DNA of 26,432 nt, taken from contig JBMFMV010000021.1 of assembly GCA_049970495.1 (NCBI GenBank), forward strand, positions 1 to 26,432. The letters run 5' to 3'. The notes below the pieces were generated by a model, which did not search any database, was not told the DNA's origin, and saw only the letters and a program-made list of their open reading frames with translations. Position 1 is the stretch's first letter; each line of letters opens with the position of its first letter. Origin of the DNA: a bacterium (GTDB lineage: Bacteria > DUMJ01). The position numbers were made by a program, and so were the translations under genes. Below, one piece after another: positions 16,890-26,432 of this stretch.

Positions 16890-17954
16890 ATGGCTAAAAA
16901 AATATTGTATATACTTCCATTTATGAATCTTGGAGGGACCGAGGTTCATACTGTTGAATTGATAAAGGGAATTAGAAATGAATATGAAACATTAGTAGCA
17001 GGACCAGACGGAAGTGGTATATCTCTTTTAGAGAAGAATAAGATACCCTATACAAATCTACCCGGACTCACCCCATTCAATGTGAAAAGATACAGGGATA
17101 CACTAAAAAGCATATTAGAAGAGTATAAACCAGATCTAGTTCACATACAGGGGAGGTATGAACCCGCTTTCTTTAGTAAAATACTCTCTCCTTCTATACC
17201 AGTTATCCTAACTTGTCACGGTTATGGAAATTCTATTGCACTTTGGGATTATACACTCACCGCAGTAACAGGAAATAGATGGACAGACAAAGTCATAGCA
17301 GTGTGCAAGAATGATAAAGAGCTCCTCATCAGGTTAGGACTAGATCCTCAGAAGGTTACACTTATATACAATGGCATATCCCCCGTAGAAGAGAAAAGTT
17401 TATTACCTCAGATCAATGGATTTAAAGTGGGGACTGTTGCAAGCCTTATAAAGAGAAAAGGGCTCAACTATCTAATAGAGGCTATAAGTTTAGTCTCTAA
17501 GAAAATCAAAGATGTAGGGCTTTTTATAATTGGAGAAGGTGAAGAGAGAAAGAATTTGGAAGCTCTTGTTAAAAGGCTTAAGATAAAAGACTATATATAC
17601 TTTCTTGGAGGTATTCCTTTTGCTAGGAGCTATATAAATAATTTTGATATCTTTGTTCTACCTTCACTATTTGAATCTCTACCTGTATCAATTATCGAAG
17701 CGTACGCTGAGAAGAAGGCAGTTATAGCTTCAAATGTAGGTGGAATTCCTGAGCTAGTAATAGATGGAGAGACAGGGATTCTTGTACCGCCTAGAGATAG
17801 TAAGGCGTTAGCCTCTGCCATTGAAAAACTCATAAGAGATGACAAACTGAGAGAAAGGTTAGCTGAAAACGGGTATAATAGGTTTATAGAAAACTTCACC
17901 TTTGAGGTCATGGTAGAAAGGACTAAAGATATATATAAAGACATACTAAAATGA
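16890..17954 (+). CDS. Glycosyltransferase family 4 (GT-B)
   Basis: 'GGTE', 'IYNGI', 'RKG', 'DIFVLPSLFESLPVSIIEA', 'SNVGGIPELVIDGETGILVPP'. Confidence 0.93.
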   Translation: MAKKILYILPFMNLGGTEVHTVELIKGIRNEYETLVAGPDGSGISLLEKNKIPYTNLPGLTPFNVKRYRDTLKSILEEYKPDLVHIQGRYEPAFFSKILSPSIPVILTCHGYGNSIALWDYTLTAVTGNRWTDKVIAVCKNDKELLIRLGLDPQKVTLIYNGISPVEEKSLLPQINGFKVGTVASLIKRKGLNYLIEAISLVSKKIKDVGLFIIGEGEERKNLEALVKRLKIKDYIYFLGGIPFARSYINNFDIFVLPSLFESLPVSIIEAYAEKKAVIASNVGGIPELVIDGETGILVPPRDSKALASAIEKLIRDDKLRERLAENGYNRFIENFTFEVMVERTKDIYKDILK

Positions 17955-18865
17955 AGATACCAGTTATAGTTATAGGTGGTCCAACTGCAAGTGGAAAGAC
18001 ACAGCTTGCAATAGAATGGGCACTTAAACTTAATGGAGAGATAGTCTCCTGCGATTCAAGACAGATATACAAATATATGGATATAGGGACCGCTAAACCT
18101 ACTCTTGAAGAGAGAAGGCTTATTCCTCACCATCTTATTGACATTATATATCCAGACGAGGTCATGTCCGCTGGAGAGTTTCAAAAACTTGCAAGAAAAT
18201 GTATAGAAGAGATATATGCACGTGGGAAAATACCTCTTCTCGTTGGAGGAACAGGATTATATATAAGGGCGGTTATAAGAGATATAGATTTTCCACCCAA
18301 GGTGGACGAAAAGATAAGAGAAATGATAAAGGAAAAGATAAAAGAGAAGGGTTTATCTAATGTGTATAGAGAGTTATTAGAGGTAGATCCAGTTACTGCT
18401 AGCAAGATAAGTCCTAACGATGAGATAAGAATTACTAGGGCGTTAGAGGTCTATTATGCTACGGGTAAACCAATTTCTTTTTATAGAAGAGGGATTGATA
18501 TTGATTATCCTAAATATGACATAGTATACTTTGTCTTAAATCCTCCAAGGGATTTGCTCTACAAAAGGATTGAAGAGAGGGTAGATAAGATGATACAATT
18601 GGGACTAATAGAAGAGACAAAACATATACTAAATATGGGGTATAGTCCGGGGATACCATCCTTGCAAACTTTAGGATATAGAGAGATAATAAAATATCTA
18701 CAAGGCATGTATGACTTAAAATCTGCTATAGAAGAGATTAAAAAAGAGACAAGACGGTATGCAAAGAGACAGCTTACTTGGTTTAGAAATGAGATAAGAG
18801 TTAAACTTATAAGTTATGAGGAGGTAAAAAATGCATTTTGCAAAATCGCACGGTATAGGCAATGA
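17951..18865 (+). CDS. miaA: tRNA dimethylallyltransferase
   Basis: 'GPTASGKT', 'DSRQIYKYMDIGTAKP', 'VGGTGLY', 'TRRYAKRQLTWFR'. Confidence 0.97.
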   Translation: MKIPVIVIGGPTASGKTQLAIEWALKLNGEIVSCDSRQIYKYMDIGTAKPTLEERRLIPHHLIDIIYPDEVMSAGEFQKLARKCIEEIYARGKIPLLVGGTGLYIRAVIRDIDFPPKVDEKIREMIKEKIKEKGLSNVYRELLEVDPVTASKISPNDEIRITRALEVYYATGKPISFYRRGIDIDYPKYDIVYFVLNPPRDLLYKRIEERVDKMIQLGLIEETKHILNMGYSPGIPSLQTLGYREIIKYLQGMYDLKSAIEEIKKETRRYAKRQLTWFRNEIRVKLISYEEVKNAFCKIARYRQ

Positions 18866-19631
18866 TTTTGTCATAATAGAAGATACTGGAGGCTATAATA
18901 TTAATGAGTTGGCTAAACTTCTGTGTGATAGACACTTTGGGGTAGGATCTGATGGTCTCATAATATATGAGGAGTCTCCTATCGCTGATTTTAGAATGAG
19001 GATGTTTAATCCTGACGGGACAGAAGCGGAGATGTGCGGAAACGGTATAAGATGTATCACGTTATACGGATATAGAAAGAACCCTAAGAGAAGTTTTAAA
19101 GTGGAAACTAAGGTAGGAGTTTTAGAGTGTGATGTTACCTCCATTAACCCCTTTAGAGTCAGGGTAAATATGGGACAACCAAAAGAAATAAAGTCACATT
19201 CTTTGGTTGTAGACAACAAAAAATACGACCTCACCCTAATCTCTATGGGAAATCCCCACGCAGTAAATTTCGTAAGTGACATCTCTACAGTCCCATTAAG
19301 AGATATAGGTCCTAAGATAGAAACTCATCCTGACTTTCCAAATAGGACAAATGTCGAATTTGTTCAGGTGATAGATAGGGGTCATGTTATTGTAAAGGTC
19401 TGGGAAAGAGGGGCAGGAGAGACCCTTGCCTGTGGGAGTGGAGCCTGTGCGGTAACGGTAGCAAGTATAGTAAACAATTATACCGATAATCTAGTAGAGA
19501 TTACCCTCCCTGGAGGCAAGCTTACTATAGAGTGGGATAGGGATAAAGGAATCTTTATGGAAGGTCCTGCAGAGGAAGTATTTAGTGGAAAGTTAAGTGA
19601 AGAGTATTTAAATTCTAGATTACGGAGGTAA
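18831..19631 (+). CDS. dapF: Diaminopimelate epimerase
   Basis: 'HGIGNDF', '[10 protein letters not shown]', 'MGNPHAV', 'NVEF', '[17 protein letters not shown]'. RBS GAGGAGG; overlaps the end of miaA by 35 nt. Confidence 0.97.
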   Translation: MHFAKSHGIGNDFVIIEDTGGYNINELAKLLCDRHFGVGSDGLIIYEESPIADFRMRMFNPDGTEAEMCGNGIRCITLYGYRKNPKRSFKVETKVGVLECDVTSINPFRVRVNMGQPKEIKSHSLVVDNKKYDLTLISMGNPHAVNFVSDISTVPLRDIGPKIETHPDFPNRTNVEFVQVIDRGHVIVKVWERGAGETLACGSGACAVTVASIVNNYTDNLVEITLPGGKLTIEWDRDKGIFMEGPAEEVFSGKLSEEYLNSRLRR

Positions 19632-19633
19632 AG

Positions 19634-20806
19634 ATGATAAAGAAGGCAAAAAGGTTAGATAACATCCCCCCTTATCTATTTGCTGAGATTGACAAAAAGA
19701 AGGAAGAGGCTATGAAAAGGGGAGTAAAAGTTCTAAATCTAGGTATAGGAGATCCAGACCTACCAACTCCTTCGCATATAGTTGATGCACTGTATGAAGC
19801 AGCTAAGATTGTAAACAATCAAAAATATCCACCATATGAAGGGACAAAGGAGTTTAGAAAAGCTGTAGCAGAATGGTATGAGAAGAGATTTAATGTTATT
19901 CTAGACCCAGATAAAGAAGTTTTAACTCTTATAGGCTCAAAAGAAGGGATTGCCCATATATTCTTGGCTTTTGTAGATCCAGGGGATATTACTCTAATAC
20001 CAGACCCAGGTTACCCTGTATATAAAGTTGCTACTATCTTAGCCGGCGGTACTCCTTATACCTTCCCATTAAAACCCGATACATATCTGCCTGATTTCTC
20101 CAGTATACCTGAGGAAGTGGCACGTAAAGCAAAGATAATGTTCTTTAACTATCCAAATAACCCTACTGCAGCAGTAGCAGACCTTTCTGTATTTGAAGAA
20201 GCTGTAGAGTTTGCAAAGAAGTACAATATCATTCTCTGCCATGATAATGCCTACTCTGAGGTCACATTTGATGGATATATTGCTCCTAGTATACTCGAGG
20301 TCAAAGGGGCTAAGGACATAGCGGTAGAATTTCACTCCTTATCGAAGACTTACAATATGACTGGTTGGAGGATAGGTTTTGTCGCTGGTAATAAGGATAT
20401 TATTGATGGTCTCTCTATAGTAAAAACAAATGTTGATTCAGGTGTATTTATGGCCATACAATATGCAGGAGTAGTAGCACTTAGAGGTCCACAAGATGTA
20501 ATAGAAGAGAATAAAAGAGTGATAGCAAAGAGAAGAGATATATTTATAGAAGGATTAAAGAAACTTGGTTGGAATGTGAAACCTACAAAAGGAACATTCT
20601 ATCTATGGGTGCCAATTCCTAAGAGCTTCAAATCCTCCATAGAGTTTGCTAGCTTCCTACTTGAAAAGACAGGAATAGTGGTCCCACCAGGTATAGGTTA
20701 CGGAGAAAATGGAGAGGGATATTTCCGTATAGCCCTTACAGTTGATGAATCGGTTTTAAAAGAGGCTCTAGAGAGGATGGAATCTGCAGGAGTAAGGGGA
20801 GATTAA
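19634..20806 (+). CDS. dapL: LL-diaminopimelate aminotransferase (class I/II PLP)
   Basis: '[10 protein letters not shown]', '[11 protein letters not shown]', 'GSKEGIAH', 'NYPNNPT', '[15 protein letters not shown]'. Adjacent to dapF. Confidence 0.88.
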   Translation: MIKKAKRLDNIPPYLFAEIDKKKEEAMKRGVKVLNLGIGDPDLPTPSHIVDALYEAAKIVNNQKYPPYEGTKEFRKAVAEWYEKRFNVILDPDKEVLTLIGSKEGIAHIFLAFVDPGDITLIPDPGYPVYKVATILAGGTPYTFPLKPDTYLPDFSSIPEEVARKAKIMFFNYPNNPTAAVADLSVFEEAVEFAKKYNIILCHDNAYSEVTFDGYIAPSILEVKGAKDIAVEFHSLSKTYNMTGWRIGFVAGNKDIIDGLSIVKTNVDSGVFMAIQYAGVVALRGPQDVIEENKRVIAKRRDIFIEGLKKLGWNVKPTKGTFYLWVPIPKSFKSSIEFASFLLEKTGIVVPPGIGYGENGEGYFRIALTVDESVLKEALERMESAGVRGD

Positions 20807-22062
20807 TGGATTTAGAAGAGATTATTAAAGAGGCGGAGTTAGTCTGTAACAGTAAAATAAAGGAGATCCAAGAAACGACTAAAAAGAATGAGTTAAAGGT
20901 GCTTTCTGCATTCAGAAATGCAGGAATAGATGAGTATACAGTTTCTTTTATTGGAACTGGTTATGGGTATAATGATAAAGGAAGGGAAGCACTAGGAAAA
21001 GTGTTTTCCCTCTCTTTTTCTAGTGAATTAGCTATAGTGATGCCTCAAATTGTATCTGGAACACATGCCATTTTTACTGTTCTTTTTGCCCTTCTAAGAC
21101 CAAAAGACAAGATACTCTCAATAACAGGACCAGTATATGACACGCTGAAAAAGGTAATAAATTCTTTAGCAGAGTGGGATATAAGCTATCAAGAGATTCC
21201 TTTTGAATATAGAGAAGATATAGAATATATTGAATCTAAAGTCGATAGACCTCCTAAAGTTATCTTTATACAGCGTTCCTGTGGGTATAATTGGTCCAGA
21301 AAATCTTTAACGATTAAAGAGATAGCTCAGATGATATCTAACATAAAGAATATATTTAGAGAGAGTATCATATTTGTAGATAATTGTTATGGTGAGTTTG
21401 TAGAAGATAAAGAGCCTATAGAAGCTGGTGCAGATATCATAGTAGGGTCTTTAATAAAAGGGATTGGTGGGAATCTTGCTCCTACAGGTGCTTATATAGC
21501 AGGGAAAAGAGACGTTATAGAAAAAGTAGGAGATTTTATTACCGCTCCAGGACAAGGGAGAGATATTGGTCCTACTCTAGGACTTCAAAGGGATATACTA
21601 CAGGGGCTTTTACTGGCTCCCCATTTTATAGGAGAATCCCTAATAGGATTGACTATATCTAGTTATATACTAGAAAGACTTGGATTTGATGTCTTACCTA
21701 AATGGAACGAGCCTAGAGGAGATGGAGTACAAAGGATTATCTTAAAAGATAAAGGAAGACTTATAAAATTCTTACAGGGCATACAAGGTTTCTGTCCGGT
21801 TAACTCTATGTATAAGCCTGAACCACAAGAATTACCTGGATACTCCGACCCTGTAATCTTAGCAGGGGGAGGGTTTGTGCAGGGCTCTACAGGTGAATTT
21901 AGCGCAGATGGTATATTAACTCCTCCTTATGTTGCTTTTGTTCAAGGAGGATATTCACATAATCAAGTAATAACTGGTATAATTAGTAGCATAGAAAAAA
22001 TATTCGAGGAGGAAAATGAGAAGACTTTTAAGTATTATAGTAATAATTCTTCTTGTTTTTGA
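20806..22062 (+). CDS. YnbB-like PLP enzyme (methionine gamma-lyase family / aluminium-resistance protein)
   Basis: 'GTGYGYNDKGRE', 'PQIVSGTHAI', 'IQRSCGY', 'FVDNCYGEFVE', 'GSLIK', 'GGFVQGS..EFSADG'. Confidence 0.9.
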   Translation: MDLEEIIKEAELVCNSKIKEIQETTKKNELKVLSAFRNAGIDEYTVSFIGTGYGYNDKGREALGKVFSLSFSSELAIVMPQIVSGTHAIFTVLFALLRPKDKILSITGPVYDTLKKVINSLAEWDISYQEIPFEYREDIEYIESKVDRPPKVIFIQRSCGYNWSRKSLTIKEIAQMISNIKNIFRESIIFVDNCYGEFVEDKEPIEAGADIIVGSLIKGIGGNLAPTGAYIAGKRDVIEKVGDFITAPGQGRDIGPTLGLQRDILQGLLLAPHFIGESLIGLTISSYILERLGFDVLPKWNEPRGDGVQRIILKDKGRLIKFLQGIQGFCPVNSMYKPEPQELPGYSDPVILAGGGFVQGSTGEFSADGILTPPYVAFVQGGYSHNQVITGIISSIEKIFEEENEKTFKYYSNNSSCF

Positions 22063-23080
22063 GTTATTTCCGGTAAGCGCCTTTAGTGAACAAAAAAAGT
22101 TAAAGATTGGAGTTATGGGAGTATTTGTAGAAGGAAAAGAGGATACTTCATTAAGCAGTATAGTCACACCGATATTCTCTTCTAGTGACTTCTTTAGCTG
22201 GGAAAGGATTGATAGAGCCACCCCTACATCAGTTTTTTGGGGTATTGCTAGTTTCGATGTAAACTTTAAACACAACACTTCTAATGTAAGTGCTAGTGTA
22301 AGACTCTCTATAAAAGATGCCAAAACAAATATAGAGATGTTTATTCTAGAAGCAAATTCTTTAAGTTCTCCATTTTCTGGAGCTGTACTTGACTGGAAAC
22401 CACTAGAAAAAGAGGCATTTCTAAATGCTATATCTAACCTTTCTAAGAGACTAGATGAGCTATGGAGGAGTAGCCGCGTAGTAATATACGCTGAAGAAAA
22501 TGTCCTCGAAAGTGACTTAGGTAAAGATATGGGAATAGTTGAAGGAACCATACTAGGAGTATTTAGAGATAACAAACTTATAGCAAAGGGTAAAGTAACA
22601 AGTTTAGGACAGAAAACATGTAAAGTAGATATCACTTATAAATCTGAAAATGATTACCCACGTCTTGGGGATATAGTGAGGATAGCATACATACCACCAT
22701 CGCCAGAGGTATCTTTTGTAAATCAAGCAGTGCCAATATTAAATGCAATTGCAGGTATAGCCATTTTAGCTGGTTTAGTAACACTTTATAACATAGCCAA
22801 GGCAAATGCTGTAACATGGATAAGACTTAGGTTCCCAGAAGAGGGTGCAAGCTTTAGACCAGAAGATACTATAAATTTCTTATGGCTTACTAATGATACT
22901 ACTATAAAGAGCTTTGCTTTAGTAATCTCTGGAAATCCTTACATAACTACTAATACTTTTTATAACTACACTGCCCCTTCAGTTTCAGCTGAAACTACTT
23001 ATGTTTGGAAGGTAATTGGATATAGAACTGATGGTACCTATATAGAAAGTGAGATTAGGACATTTAAAATAGTCCCATAA
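22016..23080 (+). CDS. Hypothetical exported/membrane protein with a FlgT-C-like barrel and an Ig/FN3-like tail
   Basis: Signal peptide; 'DLGKDMGIVEG..LGVFR...KGKVTSLG...RLGDIVRI'; hydrophobic helix 'ILNAIAGIAILAGLVTLY'; 'INFLW...YVWKVIGY'. RBS GAGGAGG. Confidence 0.55.
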   Translation: MRRLLSIIVIILLVFELFPVSAFSEQKKLKIGVMGVFVEGKEDTSLSSIVTPIFSSSDFFSWERIDRATPTSVFWGIASFDVNFKHNTSNVSASVRLSIKDAKTNIEMFILEANSLSSPFSGAVLDWKPLEKEAFLNAISNLSKRLDELWRSSRVVIYAEENVLESDLGKDMGIVEGTILGVFRDNKLIAKGKVTSLGQKTCKVDITYKSENDYPRLGDIVRIAYIPPSPEVSFVNQAVPILNAIAGIAILAGLVTLYNIAKANAVTWIRLRFPEEGASFRPEDTINFLWLTNDTTIKSFALVISGNPYITTNTFYNYTAPSVSAETTYVWKVIGYRTDGTYIESEIRTFKIVP

Positions 23081-24169
23081 ATGAAAACTCTACTTCTCCT
23101 ATGCATATTACTAATCCTTCCTTCTACTGTATTTTCAGCCACACTTAAAGGTAACATTGTACACTTTTATCCAACTATCTGGGAGATAAGGGGTATAGGA
23201 AATGCGGTATGGGAAGAAGAGAATCTGTTAATCTCAGCGGATGGAATTATTGTAAATCTACTCACAAAAAATATAATAGCCTTTGGGAATGTAGTGTTGC
23301 AAAAGGATGGAAAGAAAGAGTATTATGATATATTCTTTTCTAAAGAGTTAAACTTAGGTTTATATGAGGCTCAAACTCTTCCTTATATAACTGCTAAGGA
23401 GATCAAAGTAGATTGGAGGTCAAATACTATAACCTTTAAGAGCTTAAAAGTCTCTCCTGATATTATTCTACCCCAGTTTTCCCTCCCCTTTGGTCCATAT
23501 AGTTCAGGGATGAAGTTTTCGGTAGGAGAGGAGACCATATTAATAGATACAAGCACCCCTTATGTCTCTATAATCTTACCCTATAATGGTGAGGTATTTA
23601 CTGGGATATTTACCGACCTAGGGATGGAGATCTCTTATGAGAAGGAGGACTATTATTTATTGGGAGTAAGGGCATATACAGATAGAGGAATGTCACTCTT
23701 CGGTAAGTATACCCTCTACTCTTCAGACAAATCTCTAAGTCTTACCTTAGGGTACGACGAATCTTCTTATACCACAATCAAAAAAGAGCTTCGTAATGGG
23801 ATTTGGAAATATACTGGGGAAGGAAGAATCGATTGGAAAGATAAGCCTAAAATAACTATTTCACTAAGCGCAGAAAAGTGGGATAAGATGAACTTAAAAG
23901 GGGAACTAATCGTTTATACTGAAACTGGAGCCATAGAATTTAATCCATACATAGGATATAGATTCGACATCTTCCAAGATTTAAGCCTTAACATATATCT
24001 CTCTAAGATAGGTCTTGATAGTCTAAAGATTACATATAGATTACAGCCAACAGTTAATCTTAAGATCGGCTATGCAAATCCTGATAAGTATACAATTGGA
24101 ATTGAATGGGGTTATAGGGGGGTAGAACTGATAGATTATAATGGGATTATGAGTCTTATTATAAGATAG
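23081..24169 (+). CDS. Hypothetical exported beta-rich protein, possibly a reduced LptD/OstA-like outer-membrane protein
   Basis: Signal peptide. OstA-like 'GNAVW...LISADGIIVNL.TKNIIAFGNVVL'. C-terminal half is rich in alternating Y/G/L amphipathic strands. Confidence 0.45.
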   Translation: MKTLLLLCILLILPSTVFSATLKGNIVHFYPTIWEIRGIGNAVWEEENLLISADGIIVNLLTKNIIAFGNVVLQKDGKKEYYDIFFSKELNLGLYEAQTLPYITAKEIKVDWRSNTITFKSLKVSPDIILPQFSLPFGPYSSGMKFSVGEETILIDTSTPYVSIILPYNGEVFTGIFTDLGMEISYEKEDYYLLGVRAYTDRGMSLFGKYTLYSSDKSLSLTLGYDESSYTTIKKELRNGIWKYTGEGRIDWKDKPKITISLSAEKWDKMNLKGELIVYTETGAIEFNPYIGYRFDIFQDLSLNIYLSKIGLDSLKITYRLQPTVNLKIGYANPDKYTIGIEWGYRGVELIDYNGIMSLIIR

Positions 24170-24179
24170 GAGGTGTAAG

Positions 24180-25193
24180 ATGCTTTCAGCTTATCTCAAT
24201 GAGGATGGAAAACTTACTTTGGGAGATAGGGAAATACCCAAGATAAAGGATGATGAGATACTTATAAAAGTAATAGCCTGTGGCATCTGTGGAACAGATG
24301 TGCATGTGTTTAAGGGGATAAATACAGGTAAGCCAAACATAATAAGGGGGCATGAGTTCGTAGGTGAAGTAGTAGAGGTAGGAAAAGATGTAAAAGACTT
24401 AAAAGTTAAAGACATTGTAATAGTAGATCCCAATATACCCTGCATGAACTGTCATCAATGTAGGAATGGCAGGATACATCTCTGTGAAAACCTTATAGCC
24501 ATAGGCGTAGACCTAGATGGCGGTTTTGCCGAATACTGTGTCTTGCCTTCTAAACAGGCTTATAAGCTACCAAGTAATATAGAACCTATAGTAGGGGCAT
24601 TAGCAGAGCCTCTTGCCTGCGCTATTCATGGAATAGATAGGGTAGAAATAAAGGAGGGAGAAGATGTCCTTATAATAGGAGGAGGAGCTTTAGGCCTTAT
24701 ACTTACACAGTTAGCAGTAAATGGAGGAGCAGGAAGAGTATTTGTTAGTGAACCATATAAAGAGAAAAGAGATCTGGCTTTCGGATTTGGAGCTAGTAGA
24801 GTTATAGACCCTGTTAATGAAGACCTCTTAGAAGTAATTAAACAGGAAACAAATGAAAAAGGGGTAGAGGTAGTTATAGAGGCTGTTGGTTTAGATAAGA
24901 CTATACTACAGGCTATTAAAGCGGTAAGTGATGGAGGAAGAGTCCTATTCTTTGGAGTAGCCCCAGAAGATATAAAAATAGATATTTCACCTTTCGAGAT
25001 CTATAGAAGAGAACTCTCACTACTTGGATCCTTTGTAAATCCTTTTACAATGGAAAGAGCAGTATCCCTAATATCCTCTAGAAGGATAAACCTATATCCG
25101 CTTATAAGCGAGATTATCCCGCTACAGGAAATTGAAAAAGGGGTAGATTTAGCCAGTGCTGGGAGGGCCATAAGAGTCTTAGTAAAGCCTTAA
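24180..25193 (+). CDS. Zinc-dependent alcohol/polyol dehydrogenase (MDR family)
   Basis: 'CGICGTDVH', 'GHEFVGEV', structural CMNCHQC...C, 'EPLACAIHG', Rossmann 'GGGALG'. Confidence 0.93.
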   Translation: MLSAYLNEDGKLTLGDREIPKIKDDEILIKVIACGICGTDVHVFKGINTGKPNIIRGHEFVGEVVEVGKDVKDLKVKDIVIVDPNIPCMNCHQCRNGRIHLCENLIAIGVDLDGGFAEYCVLPSKQAYKLPSNIEPIVGALAEPLACAIHGIDRVEIKEGEDVLIIGGGALGLILTQLAVNGGAGRVFVSEPYKEKRDLAFGFGASRVIDPVNEDLLEVIKQETNEKGVEVVIEAVGLDKTILQAIKAVSDGGRVLFFGVAPEDIKIDISPFEIYRRELSLLGSFVNPFTMERAVSLISSRRINLYPLISEIIPLQEIEKGVDLASAGRAIRVLVKP

Positions 25194-25203
25194 GAGTTTT
25201 AAT

Positions 25204-26264
25204 GTGTTAACAACTATATTAAGAATTCTAATAGCTAGAAGATTAGAACCCTTTGTCTTTGAAAAAAGAAGAGATGTTTTTCTAAAATACAGATCTTCTA
25301 GGATAAGGAATATATGTTCATATTCCATTTTGCAGAAAGATATGTTCCTTTTGTCCATATTATAAAGTTCTCTATAAGAAGGATTTAGCTAAAAGATTTA
25401 AAGATGCACTCCTTAATGAAATAGATATCGTTAGTGCTCTATACAAGGATAAGATCATAAATTCTGTATATTTTGGTGGAGGAACACCTGCACTACTTAT
25501 CGAATATCTTCTAGAAATAGTCACCAAGTTAAAATCTAGCTTTGACATAAGAGGAGATTTTGCCATAGAACTACATCCTCTGGATATCTCAAAAGCCGCA
25601 CTAAGTAATTTAAAGCAGATAGGTTTTGAGATGATAAGTATCGGAGTCTAGTCTTTCTCTAAAGACTGTCTTATTGCCTTAGGAAGAGAAAAGGACATTA
25701 ATAATCTTAGTGTATTAAAGGGCTTCAATTTTAAGACTTTAGACATAGACCTAATCTTTGGAATCCCTAAACAAGATACTAATACTTTAAAGGAAGACTT
25801 TAAAAATGCAGTAGAACTTAGAGCTACTCAGATATCAACGTATCCTTTTATCGACTTCTCATTTCTAAAAAACAGAGAGAAACTACTGGGTAAAAAAGAA
25901 AAGAGGATAATGCTTAGTCAATTAACAGCAATCGCCAATGAGTTAGGTTTTGAGAGAACCTCTATATGGACATTTGCTAAAAGAGGCTCTCAAAGATACT
26001 CCTCTATTACTAGGGATAACTTTATAGGTTTTGGACCTTCTGCATCTTCTTTGGCAGATAACTTATTTAAGATAAACTCATTCTCTCCAAGAGGAATATA
26101 TCAATGAGTTAGAAGAAAGTCGGTTACCACCAAGTTTAGTCTTGGAATTTGATGTTCTTTCAAGAGCCTCTTATTGGCTTTTTTGGAACTTATACAATAT
26201 GGATATTAATAGAGAAACATTCTATAAACTCTTTGGAGTAGAATTAGAGAAGATATTCTACTGA
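25204..26264 (+). pseudogene. HemN-like (coproporphyrinogen III oxidase family) radical SAM pseudogene
   Basis: GTG 25204 MLTTILRILIARRLEPFVFE, frameshift near 25305, GIYVHIPFCRKICSFCPY (CxxxCxxC), 'SVYFGGGTP', 'SIGV*SF' (TAG 25649-25651 where Q is expected), 'DLIFGIP', 'IGFGPSASS', frameshift near 26090, EEYINEL...YWLFWNLY...KIFY, TGA 26262-26264. Confidence 0.9.
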
Positions 26265-26338
26265 AGTGATTCTTGCAAAAATGGTTGATCTATCCTATCC
26301 TCTTCTATCCCCTTTTTAGTCTTCTTTTAGATTTTTTC

Positions 26339-26432
26339 TTATGCTATTAAACTCTTCAAGTCTATCTTCCCCCTAGCATTATCCCTCCATATCTCCTGAG
26401 TTACATATACAAAATTTAATAAACCTTCCTCT
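26339..26432 (-). CDS. Possible 3' end of a gene entering from the right edge, product unknown
   Basis: Open frame from the window end: EEGLLNFVYVTQEIWRDNARGKIDLKSLIA*. Only 30 codons are visible. Confidence 0.35.
   Translation of the reverse strand, partial: EEGLLNFVYVTQEIWRDNARGKIDLKSLIA

Noticed and set aside
21955..22635. 226-aa antisense ORF and the other short antisense or off-frame ORFs in the track (for example 709-1026, 17630-17944, 18893-19282, 25372-25566)
   Set aside because: They shadow well-supported genes and have Ser/Ile/Phe-rich antisense composition with no recognisable motifs.
25910..26107. 65-aa ORF as an independent small gene
   Set aside because: It is an internal fragment of the HemN-like pseudogene.
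1..26432. CRISPR array, tRNA/rRNA, integrase, phage or defence genes
   Set aside because: No regularly spaced repeats, cloverleaf motifs or recognisable proteins of these types were seen by eye; Infernal, tRNAscan and DefenseFinder runs would be needed to exclude them fully.

Overview
AT-rich bacterial chromosomal window. Gene content and the lipobox-less binding proteins suggest an anaerobic, sugar-fermenting diderm, possibly Dictyoglomota/Thermotogota-like; this is inference only. In order it contains: (1) a carbohydrate ABC operon whose second permease has an in-frame TGA at a conserved Trp, followed by a broken enolase-superfamily gene; (2) an FMN riboswitch controlling ribU, with a visible terminator/antiterminator and an extra hairpin in P2; (3) an Fe-S aldo/keto reductase, OsmC, a ThrRS-like/uridine kinase fusion and a HIT protein; (4) a minus-strand module of family-5 binding protein, uncharacterised GH-like protein and signal-less NamZ (DUF1343), preceded by a HicB relic missing from the ORF track; (5) a divergent UroD/MtaA-family gene behind a palindromic operator and a possible MarR fragment; (6) a long + strand run of O-antigen ligase-like protein, GT4, miaA, dapF, dapL, ynbB-like, two envelope hypotheticals (FlgT/CsgG-like and LptD-like) and a Zn-dehydrogenase; (7) a multiply broken HemN-like radical SAM pseudogene. 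The best candidate for an undescribed system is the SBP/GH-like/NamZ module. I saw no CRISPR array, tRNA, rRNA or intact mobile element. All family calls come from motif recognition by eye, not database searches.
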